Origin: Planctomycetota bacterium
GTDB taxonomy: Bacteria > Planctomycetota > GCA-002687715 > DRQF01
Length of the DNA: 51,573 bases
NCBI GenBank assembly: GCA_036479435.1
Contig: JAZGFI010000065.1
Coordinates: 1 to 51,573, forward strand
Direction: 5' to 3'
Part shown: piece after piece, positions 47,320 through 51,573 of the stretch
Position numbering within the stretch: the stretch's first letter is position 1
How the letters are laid out: each line of letters starts with the position of its first letter
Made by a program: the position numbers and the translations under genes
Notes under the pieces: model-generated
What the model was told of the DNA's origin: nothing
Database searches by the model: none
The model's input: only the letters and a program-made list of their open reading frames with translations

Positions 47320-49713
47320 ATGACCCGTCAACATAGCAACCAGCCTCCGAGCATCTTTGCTGGCGAAAGGCGTGTGACTGACCAGCCCCTGCTAGTCGCC
47401 AAGCAGCGACCATCCCTGCTCTTGGTTCTCTCGAAATTTCGGTATCGAATTCTCTTCACCTTTTTAGTCGGAATAGTGTTGGCGATCTTTTATGCGTCTA
47501 GGCAATTTCACGCCTACAAATCCGAAGCCCGCATCCTCATTCGCGCGAGTCATGCGGAGAATATCAGCCTCGCTCAAGGCTCGACGGTGCGGAGCGGAAG
47601 GTCAAGTGCTGAAGATTTCATTGGAATTCAGCTGAACTTCATGCAGAGCCGGGATCTGCATGAAAAGTATGTTGCCGCACTCATCGAGGCTGGGCTTTTA
47701 CCGCGACAAATGTCACCGGGACAAGAGACAGCGCAACGAAAACTCCGCAAGAAACTGGCGAGCGTACTAGATTCCGTTACGGGTACCCAAACGCCGATGG
47801 AGGTGCCGCTTTCCGAGGAAGAAGCCTATCTCAATCGAAGCGTATCGATGGTCAATGGGATGCTCGTTGCTATTCGGCAGCGAAAAGCCCCGATCATTGT
47901 TCTTCAGCTCACGCATCCAAATCGTGTTTATGCACAAAAAGCACTAGAAGTATTCCTGGAAGTCTACGAAGAGAGTCGTCGAGACTGGTACACGCTTAAG
48001 CCCGCGATTAGTGCCGCTCGAGCCGAAGCGGAGACGAGTCGACTATCGTACGAAGTCCTCAATGAAGAGTGGACTACATTTCGCCAGGCGAGCATGCCTG
48101 AGACTCTTGACGCCGACATTGCGCTTGTCGAAAAAGTCCTGGCTCGCATCAAGAACCAGCAAGTGGAAATTCGCATCAGGATGCCAGCGGCGCGGATGAA
48201 GGAACGGGTCTTGCTTGGTTTCCTCAGTGACACAGTCGAATGGGGTGCCGGAGAGTCAGCGCCCACAGTCAATCCAGATTGGTTGTTCTGGGAGAACCTC
48301 CGAAAAACGAAGACGCTCGACTTAAAGAGCATGGAGAAGATCGAGCCCACGGGATCGAGCAAGCTCGTCCAGCTGATGGCCGAGATCGAGTACTGCGTAG
48401 AAATGGTGGGAAAAGAAAAGCAGTTTTCTAGACCCCAGACTAAGGAGCGCAACTCTCGTTGGCAGGAATTGATTAACGAAGTGCAGGCCGTCAAAATCGA
48501 TCTCGCGGTCGACGAAAAAACGCTCGCTGAGCTGGGTGAGACCCTGAAAAAGTATGAGCCGCGGCGAGAACTCCTCGAGCAACGGCGCCTGGAATGTCAG
48601 GTTTTACAAGCGCGCATGGCTCTTTCAATGTCTGATTTGGATGACAAGAATGAAGTCGTCACGAAGTTGCGCCGAGAAGAAGCGCGCGAACAGCAACAGG
48701 CGTTGGCCAATCAGAAAGTTATTCAGCGGCCGACGTTAGGCTTGAGACCAATCGGTCGCTCGCGTGCCTCGGCACTGATCTTGGCACTCATGGCTGTATT
48801 CGGAGCGACCATTGGTGTTGCAGTCTTAAGCGCAATTCTCGATCATGGTTTTTCGACCCCAGCTGAGCTTTCGCAGGCCGTCGGAACCCCGACGGTGGCA
48901 GCGATACCCGACCTCAACTCGCGTCGACAAGTCAAGACTGCGTTGGCGAGGATGAGTAACCTGAACGAACCGACTCCGACAGCTGACGTTGCGCGAAGCC
49001 TCGAAGATGTGGTGTCGATTCTCACAGATGCGACACGGAAAGTAGGCGGGGTTACTTCTTTCGCACCCTTCGCGCAGCTGTTTCGAATTGCCGACAGCAT
49101 TGTCGAGGATGAGTTTGTCGCCGAAGGCGTTGGCTGTCGTGCTGTTGTTGTGAGTTCCGTGAGCAGAGGCGAAGGGGCAACCCTCTCCTCTTTGTCTTTG
49201 GCGATTGCCTTGGCTGATCGCATCGGAGGCCGTGTCTTGGTCGTCGATGCCGACGCCGACAAGATGGGGCTCGCCAAGGCGATGGAACGTGCCAACAAGG
49301 GCAAGCGTGGCACCAAGACGGACAAGAGACGTCGCAAGGCAAGGTCCTTGCCGTCAATGAGTTGGAATGAAGCGGAAGTCTGTCAAACTGCGCATGAGAA
49401 CATCGACGTCATGGTGTCGAGTTCGCGTAATAGCCAGGCTAAAGGAGGCTCCTGTACCAACGCCCTCCAGGCCTACGCCGAGTCCTACGATGCGATCGTA
49501 TTCGACTCTGGGCCTTTGATGCACTCCGCCGCGACCCAGAGGCTTGTTCGCATGGGCGTTCCGATGGTTCTTGTCGTCAAAGCGAACTCGACGAATTCGT
49601 CAGGTCTCTCCGAGTGTGTGTCGATGGTGGGACGCTATGGCGGGCGGATTATTGGGGCAATCCTAAATCACAGGCGGTACTTCTTGCCGAAATGGTCGAA
49701 GGCAGAATCGTGA
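47320..49713 (+). CDS. Wzc/GumC-like polysaccharide co-polymerase with degenerate kinase-like C-terminal domain
   Basis: Two TM segments flanking a long coiled coil; SSVSRGEGAT, VLVVDAD, IVFD, GAILN. Confidence 0.8.
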   Translation: MTRQHSNQPPSIFAGERRVTDQPLLVAKQRPSLLLVLSKFRYRILFTFLVGIVLAIFYASRQFHAYKSEARILIRASHAENISLAQGSTVRSGRSSAEDFIGIQLNFMQSRDLHEKYVAALIEAGLLPRQMSPGQETAQRKLRKKLASVLDSVTGTQTPMEVPLSEEEAYLNRSVSMVNGMLVAIRQRKAPIIVLQLTHPNRVYAQKALEVFLEVYEESRRDWYTLKPAISAARAEAETSRLSYEVLNEEWTTFRQASMPETLDADIALVEKVLARIKNQQVEIRIRMPAARMKERVLLGFLSDTVEWGAGESAPTVNPDWLFWENLRKTKTLDLKSMEKIEPTGSSKLVQLMAEIEYCVEMVGKEKQFSRPQTKERNSRWQELINEVQAVKIDLAVDEKTLAELGETLKKYEPRRELLEQRRLECQVLQARMALSMSDLDDKNEVVTKLRREEAREQQQALANQKVIQRPTLGLRPIGRSRASALILALMAVFGATIGVAVLSAILDHGFSTPAELSQAVGTPTVAAIPDLNSRRQVKTALARMSNLNEPTPTADVARSLEDVVSILTDATRKVGGVTSFAPFAQLFRIADSIVEDEFVAEGVGCRAVVVSSVSRGEGATLSSLSLAIALADRIGGRVLVVDADADKMGLAKAMERANKGKRGTKTDKRRRKARSLPSMSWNEAEVCQTAHENIDVMVSSSRNSQAKGGSCTNALQAYAESYDAIVFDSGPLMHSAATQRLVRMGVPMVLVVKANSTNSSGLSECVSMVGRYGGRIIGAILNHRRYFLPKWSKAES

Positions 49714-50489
49714 TCGATGGCTCTCAGGTGCTAACGGAATTGATCGAAATTGTCGCTCAAGATCCTTCGCAGTTCGAAATTCTCAGGGACGCAAGACAAG
49801 ACTCCGTTGTCGTGCGGGCCCTTCCCAGAGATGCTGAATCCGTGATTGTCAAGCTTTGGCGCAAACCCGGAACGAAGAGTGCAATCGGACGTGCGATTCG
49901 AGTCCATTCCGCCTACCGGGAATGGACGGCGCTTGGCTGCCTTCACGCTGCGGGAATTCCAGTTCCCCGACCACTCGCGATCCTGCGGTTAAAGGCCCAG
50001 GTTTCAGGTTTTACCGATGCCATTGCGATGGATGATCTCGGCGAGTGCATCACGGCAATGCAGTTCATCAAGCAACTCGTTAAGGCCGGCCGGCTTGATG
50101 AACTCAGTTCCCTCAACGACGTGATCGTCGACATGACGATGCGGATTCTTGCGACTGGCATCGTCGATACCGATCATTCCGTCGTCAACATGCTAGTCGA
50201 TCGCCAAGAGCGACTCCACCGCATCGATTTGGAGCTTGCGCGCCGGCTTCCCGTCATTTCGATGTTCGATCACAGAAAAGGACGGATGGTCGGAAAGTTG
50301 CTGTCAAGTTATGTTTTCGCAGTCCAACCCGATGTGATGCTAATCGACGCATTCGTGGACTTGGTTTTGTGCCGCATGGATTTACCAGCATCGGTATCGG
50401 CCGAGGCCTTGGGTTACGTTCGCACCGCCTTGGAGTGCCAGCGCAGGCTCTACGGGATCGATGTCCGCGCAAGTTCGATCAGGTCTTAA
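49710..50489 (+). CDS. Kdo/LPS-kinase-like (protein kinase-like fold) protein
   Basis: VIVKLW, RE..AL..L..AGIPVPRP, DTDHSVVN, IDLE; GTGA overlap with wzc. Confidence 0.7.
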   Translation: MIDGSQVLTELIEIVAQDPSQFEILRDARQDSVVVRALPRDAESVIVKLWRKPGTKSAIGRAIRVHSAYREWTALGCLHAAGIPVPRPLAILRLKAQVSGFTDAIAMDDLGECITAMQFIKQLVKAGRLDELSSLNDVIVDMTMRILATGIVDTDHSVVNMLVDRQERLHRIDLELARRLPVISMFDHRKGRMVGKLLSSYVFAVQPDVMLIDAFVDLVLCRMDLPASVSAEALGYVRTALECQRRLYGIDVRASSIRS

Positions 50490-50494
50490 GTGTT

Positions 50495-51573
50495 GTGAAG
50501 AACCCTCAAGAACAACCTGCGGAGGAATCCGCGCCGAACAGCACCCACAAGGCCTTGTCTTCTCCCGCGTCGGCCTCCACGAAGCGCGTTGTTTCTGCCG
50601 GCTCTTTTCTCGCTGTAGTGCGAATAGCGGTGACGGGTTCGCGTTTCCTTCGAAACCTCCTCGTTGCGCGTGTCATAGCTCCCGAAGATTTTGGGATTGG
50701 GGCCACATTTGCCCTAATGGCGGCCCTCCTCAACAGCGTCAGCGAACTGGGATTGGATCGTAAGATTATTCAGGACGCTGACGGCGACGATCCGCGTATG
50801 CAGAACACGGTGCATTCGATGTTCCTGTTGCGCGGCGTGTTAATGAGTCTGCTGATGCTGGCGCTGGCTCCTCATGCCGCGCGACTGTTTGGGGCCGCGG
50901 ACATTGCCTGGGCATTTCGGGCGGTCGCCATTCTCCCAATGTTGAGATCGTTTCGGCATACCGATGTCGTTAGGTTTCAGCGAAAACTTCGTTTTGGACC
51001 CGTTCAAGCGTCGGAAGTGATCGCGCACATTAGCGTGACTCTTGTGGCCTGGCCTCTCGCCAAATTTCTCGGTGATTTCAGCGCTCTCCTATGGCTCGCA
51101 ATTATGGAAGCGGCGCTTGCCACAGCTTTTACTCACGTCTTTGCAGAGCGTTCCTATCGCCTTGGCTGGGATGTCAACAGGGTACGCGCGCTGATCAAGT
51201 TTGGTTGGCCGCTGTGGTTGAACGGGTTTCTGTTTTTCGCTATTGCGCAGGGTGACCGCGCCATCGTCGGATCGCATGTCGGTCTTCACGCGCTTGGAAT
51301 CTTCGCCATCGCCGCCGGCTTGGCTCGCATCCCGATGACGACGGCGGCCGGCATCGCTGGCCAGCTTCTTTTGCCACTGATGGCGGAAGTCCAGTCGAAT
51401 CAAAAAAAATTCGAGCGCCGATTCGAACTCGTCACTCAGCTCCTCTGGCTCATCGTGGGGGTTCTTTTTGTCGGTATCCCGATAGCTGGCGAGTCGCTGG
51501 TTCGCTTTCTCTATGGGCATGATTATGCTGGTGCGGGAATCATCGCCGCTTGGCTTGCCGCCGTATATGGACT
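50495..51573 (+). CDS. Wzx-type oligosaccharide flippase (partial, runs off the window end)
   Basis: Hand-translated from GTG 50495: ...FLRNLLVARVIAPEDFGIGA..., matching the PST flippase N-terminal motif; absent from the ORF track, presumably because no stop lies inside the window. Confidence 0.85.
   Translation, partial: MKNPQEQPAEESAPNSTHKALSSPASASTKRVVSAGSFLAVVRIAVTGSRFLRNLLVARVIAPEDFGIGATFALMAALLNSVSELGLDRKIIQDADGDDPRMQNTVHSMFLLRGVLMSLLMLALAPHAARLFGAADIAWAFRAVAILPMLRSFRHTDVVRFQRKLRFGPVQASEVIAHISVTLVAWPLAKFLGDFSALLWLAIMEAALATAFTHVFAERSYRLGWDVNRVRALIKFGWPLWLNGFLFFAIAQGDRAIVGSHVGLHALGIFAIAAGLARIPMTTAAGIAGQLLLPLMAEVQSNQKKFERRFELVTQLLWLIVGVLFVGIPIAGESLVRFLYGHDYAGAGIIAAWLAAVYG

Overview
Bacterial genomic DNA, tentatively Planctomycetota-like (inferred from protein families, not proven). 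Positions 1-11.1 kb are mostly core-type genes: a hipBA toxin-antitoxin pair with three upstream palindromic operators, hemL, an unannotated 28-aa bL37-like ribosomal peptide, aconitase plus an NfuA-type Fe-S carrier, a HAD-NUDIX/folB/pteridine-reductase operon and a HI0933 flavoprotein. From about 11.5 kb the window looks like an accessory region. It holds a complete lasso peptide cluster (13.3-24.6 kb) with methyltransferase, cyclase, ABC exporter, S8 protease, HPr-like kinase, RRE (B1), peptidase (B2), nucleotidyltransferase, and a 48-aa precursor at 18006-18152 (-) that is missing from the ORF track. Its predicted core is QGGGNQVDVPIGTAVVGDVSSVIGS. Next come carAB and a PKS-type standalone methyltransferase, then a Wzx/Wzy-type polysaccharide operon (30.9 kb to the window end). 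Inside that operon is a tightly coupled, ketosynthase-free ACP/adenylation cassette: SDR, Cys-nucleophile hydrolase, GH3, enolase-fold enzyme, ACP, AMP ligase, UbiD and an SdhA-like flavoprotein. All family calls come from visual motif recognition; no searches were run.
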